Below, piece after piece: positions 1 to 9,043 of a stretch of DNA of 64,000 nucleotides. The notes under the pieces were generated by a model, which saw only the letters and a program-made list of their open reading frames with translations, was not told where the DNA came from and did no database searches. The stretch is from a virus: IMG/VR virus record IMGVR_UViG_3300027887_000560; one strand, given 5' to 3'. Position 1 is the stretch's first letter, and each line of letters begins with the position of its first letter. The position numbers and the translations under genes are program-made.

Positions 1-1
1 C

Positions 2-322
2 GTGTTCCTGGGCACTTACGGCGCGGCGGGCGTCGGGTTGACCCTGACGGCGGCGAGCGACACCCTGCACGTCGAGCGGTCGTGGACGCCTTCCGGCGAG
101 GAGCAGGCGGAAGATCGCTGCCATCGCATCGGGCAGCGCGAGTCGGTGACTTCCTGGTACATGGTGTCGGACGTGGCGATCGACGCGAAGTTCGAGGCGC
201 TCGTCGAGGCGAAGCGCGCGACGATCCGTTCCGTCATGGACGGTGTCGCTCAGGACGACGAGGAGTCGCTCGTCAAGACCCTGGCTTGCGAGATCTTCGG
301 GAAGGATGTGTGGAACCAATGA
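2..322 (+). CDS. SNF2-family helicase, C-terminal fragment (gene starts upstream of window)
   Basis: Helicase-C motif VI region: GVGLTLTAASDTLHVERSWTPSGEEQAEDRCHRIGQ, the classic SNF2 signature; ORF is open at the window start. Confidence 0.6.
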   Translation: MFLGTYGAAGVGLTLTAASDTLHVERSWTPSGEEQAEDRCHRIGQRESVTSWYMVSDVAIDAKFEALVEAKRATIRSVMDGVAQDDEESLVKTLACEIFGKDVWNQ

Positions 323-603
323 CCGCTAGAAGGACGCGCGAGTTGAAGGTCTACGGCGGTCCCATGTTCGTGCTCGGGCATGGTCAGTGTCGTACCGTGG
401 CCATGGTTGCCACGAAGGCGGAGCTGATCGAGGTTTTGAACAAGGCGGGCGGGCGGGTGAACGCGCGCATCGTTCGCGATTACTGGGCCGAGACGGGCAA
501 CGACGAAGAGCTGGCTGCGGCGAAGGCAGCCGGCGCAGGGGTCGTGCTGGCGAATCTGTCAGGGCGGTGGCACGGTGACTACCAGGTGGTGAAAGATGAG
601 TGA
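319..603 (+). CDS. hypothetical protein (94 aa), translationally coupled to upstream helicase
   Basis: ATG overlaps the helicase stop (ATGA); in frame with ORF 82..603; no recognisable motif. Confidence 0.35.
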   Translation: MTARRTRELKVYGGPMFVLGHGQCRTVAMVATKAELIEVLNKAGGRVNARIVRDYWAETGNDEELAAAKAAGAGVVLANLSGRWHGDYQVVKDE

Positions 604-988
604 GCTTGTTGGGTACCGGTTGTACTTCGAGGGCGAGCCCTGGGAAGGTGGGCGCGTGTTCCGGACGCCGATCCCTGCATGGCGGATCTATCAGCGGCAG
701 GTGAACTGGCATCCGCAGCTCCGGGAGCTGTTCGAGGTCAGGGAGCTGGGCACGGACGGCAAGGAGAGGACGCTGGAGGTTCCCGATCTTGTCGCGCTTT
801 TGAAGCCGCCGGCTGGAACGTATTACCAGGTTTTCCTGGACGACAAGCCCTATCGTGATGGACAACGGTTTCGTACAGAGGGGGGAGCCTGGCGGCTTTA
901 CGATCGCGTGCTCGAAAACCGTTGCATCTACGTCAATCGTCTCAACGTGCGTGAGATCTCTCCGGCCGGGGTTCGTATCTTGAAGTGA
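596..988 (+). CDS. hypothetical protein (130 aa)
   Basis: ORF start overlaps previous stop; no motif recognised. Confidence 0.4.
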   Translation: MSELVGYRLYFEGEPWEGGRVFRTPIPAWRIYQRQVNWHPQLRELFEVRELGTDGKERTLEVPDLVALLKPPAGTYYQVFLDDKPYRDGQRFRTEGGAWRLYDRVLENRCIYVNRLNVREISPAGVRILK

Positions 989-997
989 TCCAGGAGG

Positions 998-1492
998 ATG
1001 ATGATGGCAGCCGTCAGAACAAGTCGAAAACCGCCACTCACGGCGAAGGTGGTTCGCGGACTTTTCTGGGTTCACGGGTTCGCGGGAGCAGATCTTGATG
1101 AGGCCAAGCCGGATGATCATGATCCGCCGGGGTGGCTCGATGATGCGCGGCGGGCCGTGCAGTGGTGCGCGCAGATGATGGCCTGGTGGCAGGAGCGGCA
1201 TGGATCCGGGGCGGCGCGACCAGAATCGGACATCGAGCCTGGCGATGAAGATGACGGCGCCCTGGAAGCCATGGAGCAGCAGATCTACGAGCAGGAGCAG
1301 GCGGACGAGGCCCAAAATTCCGAGTACGCGTGCTGCGAGTGTGGCTACATCAACAAGCGCAAGGACGGACACCATCCAGGGATCAAGTGTCCGCATACCG
1401 GCAGGTGTGGTCAGTGCGGGAACGACTGGCCGTGCGAGGAGCACAAGGATCAGGCGCGGGGACAGCGTCGAAGGTCCAAGAAAGGAGACTGA
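998..1492 (+). CDS. hypothetical acidic Cys-rich protein (164 aa)
   Basis: GGAGG-like RBS upstream (aggaggatgatg); C-terminal CCECGY...CPHTGRCGQCGNDWPCEEH cysteine cluster suggests a zinc-binding module. Confidence 0.4.
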   Translation: MMMAAVRTSRKPPLTAKVVRGLFWVHGFAGADLDEAKPDDHDPPGWLDDARRAVQWCAQMMAWWQERHGSGAARPESDIEPGDEDDGALEAMEQQIYEQEQADEAQNSEYACCECGYINKRKDGHHPGIKCPHTGRCGQCGNDWPCEEHKDQARGQRRRSKKGD

Positions 1493-1493
1493 C

Positions 1494-1880
1494 ATGGCGT
1501 ATCGTATCGGTCAGGTTGGAGATCGGATCCTGTATGCGCCGACGTACAGGGATGCCGAGGATGCGCGCAATCTCCTGGACGCCGATCCGCAGTTGCAGCC
1601 CGCGACCTTGACGATGGTGGAAGCGCTAGTGTCCGACCATCGTCCGGTTCGTGCTTTTCGCGCGAGAATGGCACGGAAGCCGAGCTTCTCGCTTGTCGAT
1701 GAGCTGGCCGGGATGCCCGTGCGCCAGGCTGGCGGAGCGGCTTGTCTCAAGGAGAGGAACGTCATGCTGGTCGCCGAGCGGGGCGATGCGGTCATCAAAC
1801 GGTTGCGGGCTCAGGTGCGCCGCTTGAAAGACGAGGTGCGAACGCTGCGTTCGTGCCGGAAGGGGAATGGCCATGCGTGA
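1494..1880 (+). CDS. hypothetical protein (128 aa)
   Basis: AAGGAG RBS 6 nt upstream of the ATG; start placed at internal Met of ORF 1200..1880 because the upstream part overlaps the previous gene. Confidence 0.4.
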   Translation: MAYRIGQVGDRILYAPTYRDAEDARNLLDADPQLQPATLTMVEALVSDHRPVRAFRARMARKPSFSLVDELAGMPVRQAGGAACLKERNVMLVAERGDAVIKRLRAQVRRLKDEVRTLRSCRKGNGHA

Positions 1881-2280
1881 GGCAAAGTTCGAGGTCATCG
1901 GGCAGCTCGATCGCGCTGGCCGGTGGATCAAGGGCAAGGTGATCATCAATCGCGAGCAGGGGCTCGTGACCGTGCGCCCGCATCGCAAGCGCAAGATCTA
2001 CACGTTGCCGCTTCTGACGGTGGCCGCCTGGGTGTGCAAGCCGGCCAACGTGCTCTGCGAGGATGGTGTGCTGCGCGGCTCCCGGTTCCCGGTGGACGGG
2101 AAGCTTGTGCGTGGGGAGGCGGTGCCGGGGGGTACCGTGCTCGTGAGCAGGACGCAGGGTCTCTTCATGGTGCGTCCGTTCCGTAAGCGTCGGGTGTATG
2201 CTCGGAGCTTGACGGACGTGGCAAACTGGATCTGTCGCGCGGTGACCATTGCCGAGCTGAAAGCTCGTCGTTCACGTTAG
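1867..2280 (+). CDS. hypothetical protein with internal tandem duplication (137 aa)
   Basis: Two related halves (GLVTVRPHRKRKIYTLPLLTVAAWVCKPA and GLFMVRPFRKRRVYARSLTDVANWICRA). Confidence 0.4.
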   Translation: MAMREAKFEVIGQLDRAGRWIKGKVIINREQGLVTVRPHRKRKIYTLPLLTVAAWVCKPANVLCEDGVLRGSRFPVDGKLVRGEAVPGGTVLVSRTQGLFMVRPFRKRRVYARSLTDVANWICRAVTIAELKARRSR

Positions 2281-2288
2281 GAGGATGC

Positions 2289-2657
2289 ATGCGTAGCAGG
2301 CGAATCGGAAGTGTGTCTCACCCACGATTGCAAGGGCTGACGCTCACGCAAGGTGACCTGTTGCTGGCCTTGTGTCAACGGCGTGCCGATTCCGAGAAGA
2401 TGGATCTCTCGCGGTGCACGACGTTCGAGAAGCTCGAACAAGAAGGGTACGTGATCGACACTGGATACGTTCTCGGTGTAGATCGCGTCACCTATCACAC
2501 CTGGGAGGTCTTGGAAGACGCTGGGCTGATCGAGCGTATCAAGGTTCCTCGTCGGCAGGTCGATACGCAGTACGACTACTACTTCATGGCTCGCGCCACG
2601 GATAAGGCCATGTGGCGAACGCATACCTGGACGGGCGAACGGCCCCTTGATATGTGA
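2289..2657 (+). CDS. hypothetical protein (122 aa)
   Basis: RBS-like aggaggatgc precedes the ATG; no motif. Confidence 0.35.
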   Translation: MRSRRIGSVSHPRLQGLTLTQGDLLLALCQRRADSEKMDLSRCTTFEKLEQEGYVIDTGYVLGVDRVTYHTWEVLEDAGLIERIKVPRRQVDTQYDYYFMARATDKAMWRTHTWTGERPLDM

Positions 2658-2867
2658 GGTTGATCATGGATACGGGGAAGCTGCGCAAGGTGAACGATCT
2701 TCTGGGGGAGGCAGATTCGGTTGTCGAAGTCTTGATTGCCGAGACTTCCGATCCTGTTTTCCGTCGTCTCTTGGTGACATTGCGACATCATCAAAGACTT
2801 GCTGGTAAGGCGTTGACACGGATCGTGCTTCGCCTGGGTGCTTCGTCCCGGAATCGGTAGGCTTGTC

Positions 2868-3386
2868 ATGCTGGATGCCGCTGATGCGAAGGTTGCTCGG
2901 CAGGCCGATGCTCGGGCGGAGAAGATCGTTAGACAGATCTCCCGGATGGCCGCGAAGCAGGGATTCAAGGATGTGTATGTGCGGGGAAGAGCCCACCGGG
3001 CACCAGGGTACTATGCCGAGCCCACCGGGGCGGTGGTGTTGACGTTCACGGCGCTGTCGAAGCAGGGTACACCGAGAGATCGCACGGTGAACGATCTCCG
3101 AAAGCCGTTCGACCTGGCGAGGATCGTCGGCTTGCTGGTCGAGAAGCACAAGTACGACGATGCCCGCGAGGCTGCGCGCGTGCGCCAGCAAGATCTGTCC
3201 GACGGGTTTGCACGGCAGGTCGTGAAGCTGCGTGCCCGGTTTCCGAGGATGCCGCTCGGGATCTGGTTGTCCTCGGATGCCGGGGGCATCACCCTGGAGG
3301 TGCCTCGACTGACGGCACGGCGGGCCGGTGAGGTTCTCGCCGTGTTGAGAGATCGCTTCCCGGTCGAGGCCAAGGTGTCGGAATGA
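2868..3386 (+). CDS. hypothetical protein (172 aa)
   Basis: Internal Met of ORF 2838..3386 chosen to avoid overlap with the previous small ORF; no motif. Confidence 0.35.
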   Translation: MLDAADAKVARQADARAEKIVRQISRMAAKQGFKDVYVRGRAHRAPGYYAEPTGAVVLTFTALSKQGTPRDRTVNDLRKPFDLARIVGLLVEKHKYDDAREAARVRQQDLSDGFARQVVKLRARFPRMPLGIWLSSDAGGITLEVPRLTARRAGEVLAVLRDRFPVEAKVSE

Positions 3387-4024
3387 CGACCGACGAGGCG
3401 CTCGCGATTCTCCGGCTCAAGGCGCCCACGACCTGGAACGTCGTCAAGACCAGGTACCGGCAGCTCTCGAAGATCGAGCATCCGGACGTGAGCAAGCATC
3501 CGGAGGCCATCGCCAGGTTCGCCCGGCTTTCGGTGGCCATGGAGTTTCTGCGGAAGGATCCTGCTGTCTTCGAGGACTATGGTGGTGTCGTTGAGACCGA
3601 GACCGGTGACAAGCTGGCCGATCTCGGCAAGGGACTCGGGCCGACCACGAACGGTTCGACCTGTGGGGATTGTGACGGGAAGGGTTACCGGGCGGTGGCA
3701 GGCGATAGCTTTCAGGATTGTACGGAGTGCCGGCGTGGGATCTTCGGAGACATCAAGGAGCTTCGTTGTGGGAAGTGCTCGGGTACGGGTGTCTTCATGC
3801 GCGGCGGCCGGCAGGTGGGGAAGTGCTTTGCTTGCGATGGATCCGGCTGGCGGCCAGTGAGGAACTACCTGATGTGGTGCAAGGTTTGTGGCACCAGAGG
3901 CGTGATGTCCGTGCCAGCGAGGAAGCGGTACTACACCTGCGAGAAGTGCAAGGGCTCAGGTGAGCTGCCGATGTGGAATCCCGTGCTCGCCAAGGGGCTG
4001 CTGTCGATCTCCGGGGGTTCGTGA
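3383..4024 (+). CDS. DnaJ-like co-chaperone: J-domain plus CxxCxGxG zinc-finger (CR) domain
   Basis: N-terminal J-domain with HPD motif (YRQLSKIEHPDVSKHPEA); then four to six CxxCxG(x)G repeats (CGDCDGKG, CTECRRGIFG, CGKCSGTG, CFACDGSG, CKVCGTRG, CEKCKGSG) typical of the DnaJ cysteine-rich domain. Confidence 0.75.
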   Translation: MTTDEALAILRLKAPTTWNVVKTRYRQLSKIEHPDVSKHPEAIARFARLSVAMEFLRKDPAVFEDYGGVVETETGDKLADLGKGLGPTTNGSTCGDCDGKGYRAVAGDSFQDCTECRRGIFGDIKELRCGKCSGTGVFMRGGRQVGKCFACDGSGWRPVRNYLMWCKVCGTRGVMSVPARKRYYTCEKCKGSGELPMWNPVLAKGLLSISGGS

Positions 4025-4060
4025 TAGACTTGGTTCGTGCTTGACAGACGATGAGCGAGG

Positions 4061-4372
4061 TTGATCATGTCCAGGAAAAAGCTGGTTGTTCCCACGATTC
4101 ATTTGAACGGATCGTCGCCGGATCGACTCATGGAGGTCATCCGGGAGGCTGCGGGTGGTGTGGACGACGCCCGGAGGAAGTTGCAGGAGTGTGCACCGCA
4201 TGGGCGTGACTATTACGTGCAGCAAGATCCCGAGGCGCTGACCAAGGCCACCGAGCAGCATTTGGCTCGCATGGCGAAGCTCGATGGTGTGTACGATGAC
4301 TTGGCCGCGCTCTACGAAGCGATCCAGGCGCAGGTTGATGAGCGCGAGCAGCGTCGTAGCGGGGGGCGTTGA
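4061..4372 (+). CDS. hypothetical protein (103 aa)
   Basis: ORF with no motif; its stop overlaps the next start. Confidence 0.35.
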   Translation: MIMSRKKLVVPTIHLNGSSPDRLMEVIREAAGGVDDARRKLQECAPHGRDYYVQQDPEALTKATEQHLARMAKLDGVYDDLAALYEAIQAQVDEREQRRSGGR

Positions 4373-4689
4373 TGCCTCGAACAAAGCGTGTTCATGAGGA
4401 TTACGTTTACCGGAATTCGGATGACAGCGTCCGGTTCCGGGTATTCAGGCGTGATGAAGGTGAGCGGCGGGTGAGGGGTTGGGATATCGATTTCTTCGAG
4501 CGCGAGGCGGGGGGATTCACGACCAACTACACTTCCAATGGGGCAGAGTTGCCTTTCAGGACCAAGATCCAGGCATTGCGATACCTGAATGAATGCTTTG
4601 GTGTGCTTGTTTGCATCCAGGTTGACAGGGTGACCGAGGGCTGGGAGTCGTATGGTCTTGGTTACATGCAGGGCAGAGGTGCTTCTTAG
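4369..4689 (+). CDS. hypothetical protein (106 aa)
   Basis: ORF with no motif. Confidence 0.35.
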   Translation: MMPRTKRVHEDYVYRNSDDSVRFRVFRRDEGERRVRGWDIDFFEREAGGFTTNYTSNGAELPFRTKIQALRYLNECFGVLVCIQVDRVTEGWESYGLGYMQGRGAS

Positions 4690-4697
4690 GGCACCTG

Positions 4698-5303
4698 ATG
4701 GATATCGCAGTTCGGTTTGGACAGTACGCTCCGACGCCTCTGTGTGAGATCATGGCTCGTCAGGGGAGCGACAAGGCCAGGACGGGGTTGTCGAGGCGGC
4801 ATAATTATACCCATTACTATTTTCGGTTATTCGAGCACGACAGGGATAGATCACTTCGCGTGCTCGAAGTCGGGATAGGGTCGGGAGCATCGTTGCGCGG
4901 GTGGAAGGTGTTCTTCCCGCGTGCTGAGATCTTTGGTGTGGACATCAACCGCCGAGCGCTTTTTCAGGAAGACAGGGTTTCCACGTTTGCCTGCGACATG
5001 ACATCGCCGGACGATGTTTCTCGGTTGTGGCGGGAGCCGGCGCTGGGAGATCTCATGGATATCATGATTGATGATGGTCGTCACACCATGGCGTCGCAGG
5101 TCGTGTTCTTCGAGAACTCCATTCACAAGCTGGCGCCTGGTGGTGTCTACGTCATCGAGGATGTTCGCACGGAGATGCTTTCCGCGTTTGCGAGCAAGGT
5201 GTCGGAGTGGACCAGTTCGTTGTCGTTGCGGGCGAGAGTCCTATCCTTGAGGCCCGAGGGAAACCTGTACGACAACAACCTGATCGCTTTTCAGCGAATG
5301 TGA
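4698..5303 (+). CDS. class I SAM-dependent methyltransferase (TylF/macrocin-O-methyltransferase-like)
   Basis: Rossmann SAM-binding motif VLEVGIGSGAS followed by FGVDIN and an acidic post-II region; overall layout typical of small-molecule O-methyltransferases. Confidence 0.55.
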   Translation: MDIAVRFGQYAPTPLCEIMARQGSDKARTGLSRRHNYTHYYFRLFEHDRDRSLRVLEVGIGSGASLRGWKVFFPRAEIFGVDINRRALFQEDRVSTFACDMTSPDDVSRLWREPALGDLMDIMIDDGRHTMASQVVFFENSIHKLAPGGVYVIEDVRTEMLSAFASKVSEWTSSLSLRARVLSLRPEGNLYDNNLIAFQRM

Positions 5304-5738
5304 TCAGGGCAGCGAGCGCAGGTGGCCGCGTCTGGGGGGAGGGACGGGTGTGGGTTCTTCGCCCTCGTCGGGCTCGTCGTAGAGTGAGGCCATGTTGAGC
5401 ACGGCTGTCCAGGGGATCATCGTCTTGTGGGGGGAGCGATCGAAGGAGAGCGTGGCCGAGATCCCTTTTTCGTCGATCCGTAGGTCGTGGATGGGGACAA
5501 CGGGATGCAGGGGGTAGTGGAGCACCAGGATGGTCATGTTCATCTTGGTCTCGGAGCCGTCGGCTTGCTGGAGGACGGCCGTGGTGCTGGGGTGCCTGGC
5601 GATGATGTGGTCGGGCAGCCCGACACCGGGAGCCGTGGCGTTGACGGCGATCTTGACGCCACCCTTGGACCACAGCTCGTTGAAGCGAGCGATCAGCTCT
5701 CCGATGAGCTTTTCGGGTGGGGGTGTGGTCATGAACAC
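5304..5738 (-). CDS. possible SspB-like ClpXP adaptor (144 aa)
   Basis: N-terminal LIGELIARFNELWSKGGVKIAVNATAPGVGLP resembles the SspB core (LLRAFYEWLLDNQLTPHLVVDVTLPGVQVP); acidic linker (DEPDEGEEP) then a short basic C-terminal tail, as in SspB. Similarity recalled from memory, not aligned. Confidence 0.35.
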   Translation of the reverse strand: MFMTTPPPEKLIGELIARFNELWSKGGVKIAVNATAPGVGLPDHIIARHPSTTAVLQQADGSETKMNMTILVLHYPLHPVVPIHDLRIDEKGISATLSFDRSPHKTMIPWTAVLNMASLYDEPDEGEEPTPVPPPRRGHLRSLP

Positions 5739-6025
5739 CTCCAGGTCTTGTTCTCGTTGTCGTAGCGCACGAGGTTCCTGATCGATAGCCAGGCGAGCTT
5801 GTGCCGGATCACCGAGCCGCTGTCACCACGACCCAGGCCCCAGGCAACGATGTCGTCTATGGTCATGGCGCCGCCCTGGGCGACGATCTGATCGTGAAGC
5901 GCCCTGGTTTCGATGTCCCAGACGGGGTTTTCCACATTAGGGATATCGGTGGTGAATAGACGTGCAAAGCGACGGGAAGGCACGGGCAGAGGCAGGCAGA
6001 CGTTGGGCATCATGGATGGGGTCAC
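5729..6025 (-). CDS. hypothetical protein, possible winged-helix
   Basis: ORF; segment MTIDDIVAWGLGRGDSGSVIRHKLAWLSIRNLVRY is winged-helix-like. Confidence 0.3.
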   Translation of the reverse strand: MTPSMMPNVCLPLPVPSRRFARLFTTDIPNVENPVWDIETRALHDQIVAQGGAMTIDDIVAWGLGRGDSGSVIRHKLAWLSIRNLVRYDNENKTWRCS

Positions 6026-6059
6026 GGAAAACCCTACCGCCGGGACGGAACGGCATCAA

Positions 6060-6362
6060 TCAGTATTCGACGTAGAGGGAGTCGTCGTCGGGATAGCTGT
6101 CTTCCATGGGCTCGTTGTCCGTGTCGCCGTGTTTCTTGCCACCACGTTCGGCGGCCATTCGCCGCGATTCGGAGAGCTGGGCGAGCGCCGAGCAGAAGGA
6201 CAGTGGTTCTTGGCCGGTGCCGCCACATCGCTTGCAGAAGACGCGCTCGACGTGTCCCGGTGTATCGGGATCGCAACCCGAGCACTGCTTCGTGGCTTTC
6301 CCGTGCGAAGCTTGCAGCTCCTCGTCGTTGGTTTCCTTCACTCTTATGGCGAGTCTTCCCAT
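6060..6362 (-). CDS. small zinc-ribbon protein (100 aa)
   Basis: CSGCDPDTPGHVERVFCKRCGGTGQE: two CxxC pairs. Confidence 0.35.
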   Translation of the reverse strand: MGRLAIRVKETNDEELQASHGKATKQCSGCDPDTPGHVERVFCKRCGGTGQEPLSFCSALAQLSESRRMAAERGGKKHGDTDNEPMEDSYPDDDSLYVEY

Positions 6363-6428
6363 GATGCCCTCCTTTCATCTCGGAGGCTATGATCATGAGT
6401 GTAGCAGACCTGAAACCCTGGCAATCAA

Positions 6429-6800
6429 CTATTTTGTTTCGGTTGTTACCGGGGGAACGGGGGATGTGGATTGTTGATCGGCGGGTTCGCTTGACTCGTT
6501 GGTCGAACCGGCGGACGGTTCTTTTGACGGGGTTTCGTCGTCGGGAAGGGTGATGCTCGCGAAGATGTCGTCGGCCTCCTCGTCGTCGGAGCCGAGTGGA
6601 CCGCCGAGTTCCAGGTTGTCTTCGAGGGCGGCGCTGACGCTGAATCGTAGGGCGTCCAGGCAATCAGCGAAGTCCTCGGGCGCCTGTCGCTTGAGGCGAT
6701 CCAACCTGGAGATCATCTGGTCGGTGGTCGTGACACCCTCGAAGAATGTCAGCACATCCTGAGCGTCCTGAATCAAGTCGAAAATGGCTTGCATCTTCAT
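6429..6800 (-). CDS. hypothetical acidic protein (about 123 aa)
   Basis: Internal Met (MKMQAIFD) chosen so the gene abuts the upstream gene; acidic, Ser/Thr/Pro-rich tail. Confidence 0.3.
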   Translation of the reverse strand: MKMQAIFDLIQDAQDVLTFFEGVTTTDQMISRLDRLKRQAPEDFADCLDALRFSVSAALEDNLELGGPLGSDDEEADDIFASITLPDDETPSKEPSAGSTNESSEPADQQSTSPVPPVTTETK

Positions 6801-7042
6801 TTTACTGTGTCCTCGCGAGTTTCGATTGAGGGTGCCGGTTTGGGCAATGTCGGCGGCGTTGTAATGAGAACTGCTTGGCGGGGTTGAAACCTGATCATGC
6901 AGTCTGCGCAAAGATAGAAGTAGTTGATGATGATCTGAGTCTTGAGGTGTTCTTCGGTTCTTACCACGGTCCAGTTTGTTGCGATCTCGAAGCCGTCCGT
7001 GTCGGGCGGCATCTTGCGATCACAGCACGAGCAAACGAACAT
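6797..7042 (-). CDS. small Cys-rich protein (81 aa)
   Basis: MFVCSCCDRK...YLCADCM: two Cys pairs; locally lower-GC codons. Confidence 0.3.
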   Translation of the reverse strand: MFVCSCCDRKMPPDTDGFEIATNWTVVRTEEHLKTQIIINYFYLCADCMIRFQPRQAVLITTPPTLPKPAPSIETREDTVK

Positions 7043-7046
7043 CCTG

Positions 7047-7364
7047 TCACCATTCGACGACGGTTTCGTTCTTTTCGAGGTCGAGGGCCTCCTCGGGGAT
7101 GGAGGCCATCTGACAGAGTGCCGGTGGTCCCTTGGCGAGCAGGAGCGCGCAGTAGCGACAGCGGGCCTTGAGATCCGGATCGTCATAGGCGTATGGCGAG
7201 GTCCAGAGGATGGGTACGATGCCCAGTCCGGGCAGGTTGATGGTCTTGACGATCCGGCGAGCACCGCGCGTCGGCATGTCGAGATCCGGGCGGGTCGCCT
7301 CGCCCTGGGGGACCGGGATCTCGACGCCTTCGATCAGGATGCCGTTCACGTTGATGAGTGGCAT
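7047..7364 (-). CDS. hypothetical protein (105 aa)
   Basis: Internal Met MPLINV; the upstream part of the ORF looks like antisense-type Arg/His/Gly-rich translation. Confidence 0.35.
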   Translation of the reverse strand: MPLINVNGILIEGVEIPVPQGEATRPDLDMPTRGARRIVKTINLPGLGIVPILWTSPYAYDDPDLKARCRYCALLLAKGPPALCQMASIPEEALDLEKNETVVEW

Positions 7365-7366
7365 GG

Positions 7367-7726
7367 TCACGTCTCGGGTGTGTCTGTTTCGCCCGTGGTG
7401 GCGGTCGGTGTTGCCTGGGCGGGTGTGGCGGCGGGTTGTTCCGCATTGCTTTCCGGTGGTGTGTCCATCTCGTCGGCGCGAGCCTTGAGAGCGGCGCCGA
7501 GGTGCAGCGTGACGGTCTTGAGGCGCGGGAAGATGCGCTCCAGTAGATCGTTGGGCAGCTCCTTCAAGGTCTTGCCCGTGATCAGGGCTTCGCCGAGCTT
7601 CTGTAGATCCTTGCGGTTGCCCTCGGCCCAGTTGGGGGCTTGCAAGGCCGACCACAGGGCACGCATGAGCCAGGCGGTTTCCGCCTTGGAAAGCGGGGAG
7701 GGTTGTTCGGTCGCGGGCGTGGTCAT
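7367..7726 (-). CDS. hypothetical protein (119 aa)
   Basis: ORF; Ala/Thr/Pro-rich C-terminus. Confidence 0.35.
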   Translation of the reverse strand: MTTPATEQPSPLSKAETAWLMRALWSALQAPNWAEGNRKDLQKLGEALITGKTLKELPNDLLERIFPRLKTVTLHLGAALKARADEMDTPPESNAEQPAATPAQATPTATTGETDTPET

Positions 7727-7741
7727 GGGAGCGTCCTTTCG

Positions 7742-8185
7742 TCAGGTGGGCAAACCGTGCGACTTGAGGGCCGATTCGATGATGGCGCGCAGGTCGTTGA
7801 CGGTCTGGTTGCTGTTTCCAAAAAGCAGATGAGCCAGTCGCAGGCCGCTCGTGATCTTGTCGATGAGGGCAACCTTGTTCTGGGGCGTGAGGTTGCCGTG
7901 CGCCTGGCCGAGCATGTCGGAGATGAAAGCCGGTGTGAGAAAGATGCTCTCGATGCCGCCGACCTGGGGGTGCTTTGCCACGTAGTTCTTCACATCAGAG
8001 GCGATCTGATCGAAAGCCGCAATCTTACCGGAGGCCCGGAGGTCATCCCCGGTAAGATGGTAATCGTTCATGATGCGTTTGGCCTGTTTTTCAGCATTGG
8101 CCTTTTCGTTTGGGTTGGCAGAGGGACTTTCTGCCATTGCCAACAACTTGTTCACTTTTTCTATGGCCTGTTCCCTGGTCATCAT
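7742..8185 (-). CDS. DUF2786-like protein
   Basis: N-terminal EKVNKLLAMAESPSANPNEKANAEKQAKRIM matches the DUF2786 signature (kirkLLalAes...nEaeaA..kAqeLm); region appears lower in GC than its surroundings. Confidence 0.5.
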   Translation of the reverse strand: MMTREQAIEKVNKLLAMAESPSANPNEKANAEKQAKRIMNDYHLTGDDLRASGKIAAFDQIASDVKNYVAKHPQVGGIESIFLTPAFISDMLGQAHGNLTPQNKVALIDKITSGLRLAHLLFGNSNQTVNDLRAIIESALKSHGLPT

Positions 8186-8490
8186 GGCAGTGATTCCGAT
8201 AGATAACCGATCTGTTGTCGGATTTCGTTCATCAGGACACTGTGGTCACATGGTGGTTCCATTGCATTTGCAAGCTTGTCAGTAAGTTCGGCAAACAGCG
8301 CGAACAGCCGTATTGTTGTCTGTTTTGGACACGGTGTTGCTTTGACTGTTTTCTGTTGTCGTTCATTGAGAATCATGCGGACGTGCCCGGAGAGGGTACG
8401 ACCTGCACGTTTCGCGTCGCTGACCAGGGCGCGATGTTCCCCGATGGGGAGCTTGATTTGCACGAGGCGGGTGGCTGGCACCTTGGGCAT
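8182..8490 (-). CDS. ribbon-helix-helix (CopG/Arc-like) DNA-binding protein
   Basis: RLVQIKLPIGEHRALVSDAKRAGRTLSGHVRMIL fits a beta-strand/helix/helix RHH module. Confidence 0.4.
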   Translation of the reverse strand: MPKVPATRLVQIKLPIGEHRALVSDAKRAGRTLSGHVRMILNERQQKTVKATPCPKQTTIRLFALFAELTDKLANAMEPPCDHSVLMNEIRQQIGYLSESLP

Positions 8491-8518
8491 GAGGTTACAT
8501 ACTTTCGCATGTTCGTCA

Positions 8519-9043
8519 ATGGTTTCGTGCTACAATCACGGCATGTTCGACAGGGAAATTCGTGATCGCGTACAGGTGTTCGGTCGCCGCTTCTATGCTC
8601 AACCGACCTACCGGGAAGAGCTGGAGCAGGCATTGGGGCGCGAGGTTCTGTCGCCCCGTATCCCGCCGGCTCGTGAGCTGGCATTGATTGACCGCTATCC
8701 CAGGTTGTTTCCGGATGCGTTCGTGGACCGTCGCCGGGAGATGCCTCGTCCGTTCGGCGAGTTCGGTATCGATGTGTTCGTCGGCTGGCTGCCGCTGGTC
8801 GAGGGTGTCCTGGAGAAACTGTCTGGGTACGACGATGTCATCGTCGTGCAGATCAAGGAGAAGTTCGGGGCGTTGACGATCTACGTTGGTGATCCTCGGA
8901 GTCGGGATGAGGTGCATGCGATCACGACGGCCGCGCGCCAGGAATCCGTGCGCATTTGCGAGTTCTGTGGCAAGCCGGGGCAGAATCTTCGTGGTTCCGA
9001 TGGTTGGTTCAAGACGATGTGCGCGACTTGCCGGGCGGGCTAG
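8519..9043 (+). CDS. hypothetical protein with C-terminal zinc ribbon
   Basis: ORF diverging from the RHH gene; C-terminal CEFCGKPG...CATC. Confidence 0.35.
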   Translation: MVSCYNHGMFDREIRDRVQVFGRRFYAQPTYREELEQALGREVLSPRIPPARELALIDRYPRLFPDAFVDRRREMPRPFGEFGIDVFVGWLPLVEGVLEKLSGYDDVIVVQIKEKFGALTIYVGDPRSRDEVHAITTAARQESVRICEFCGKPGQNLRGSDGWFKTMCATCRAG

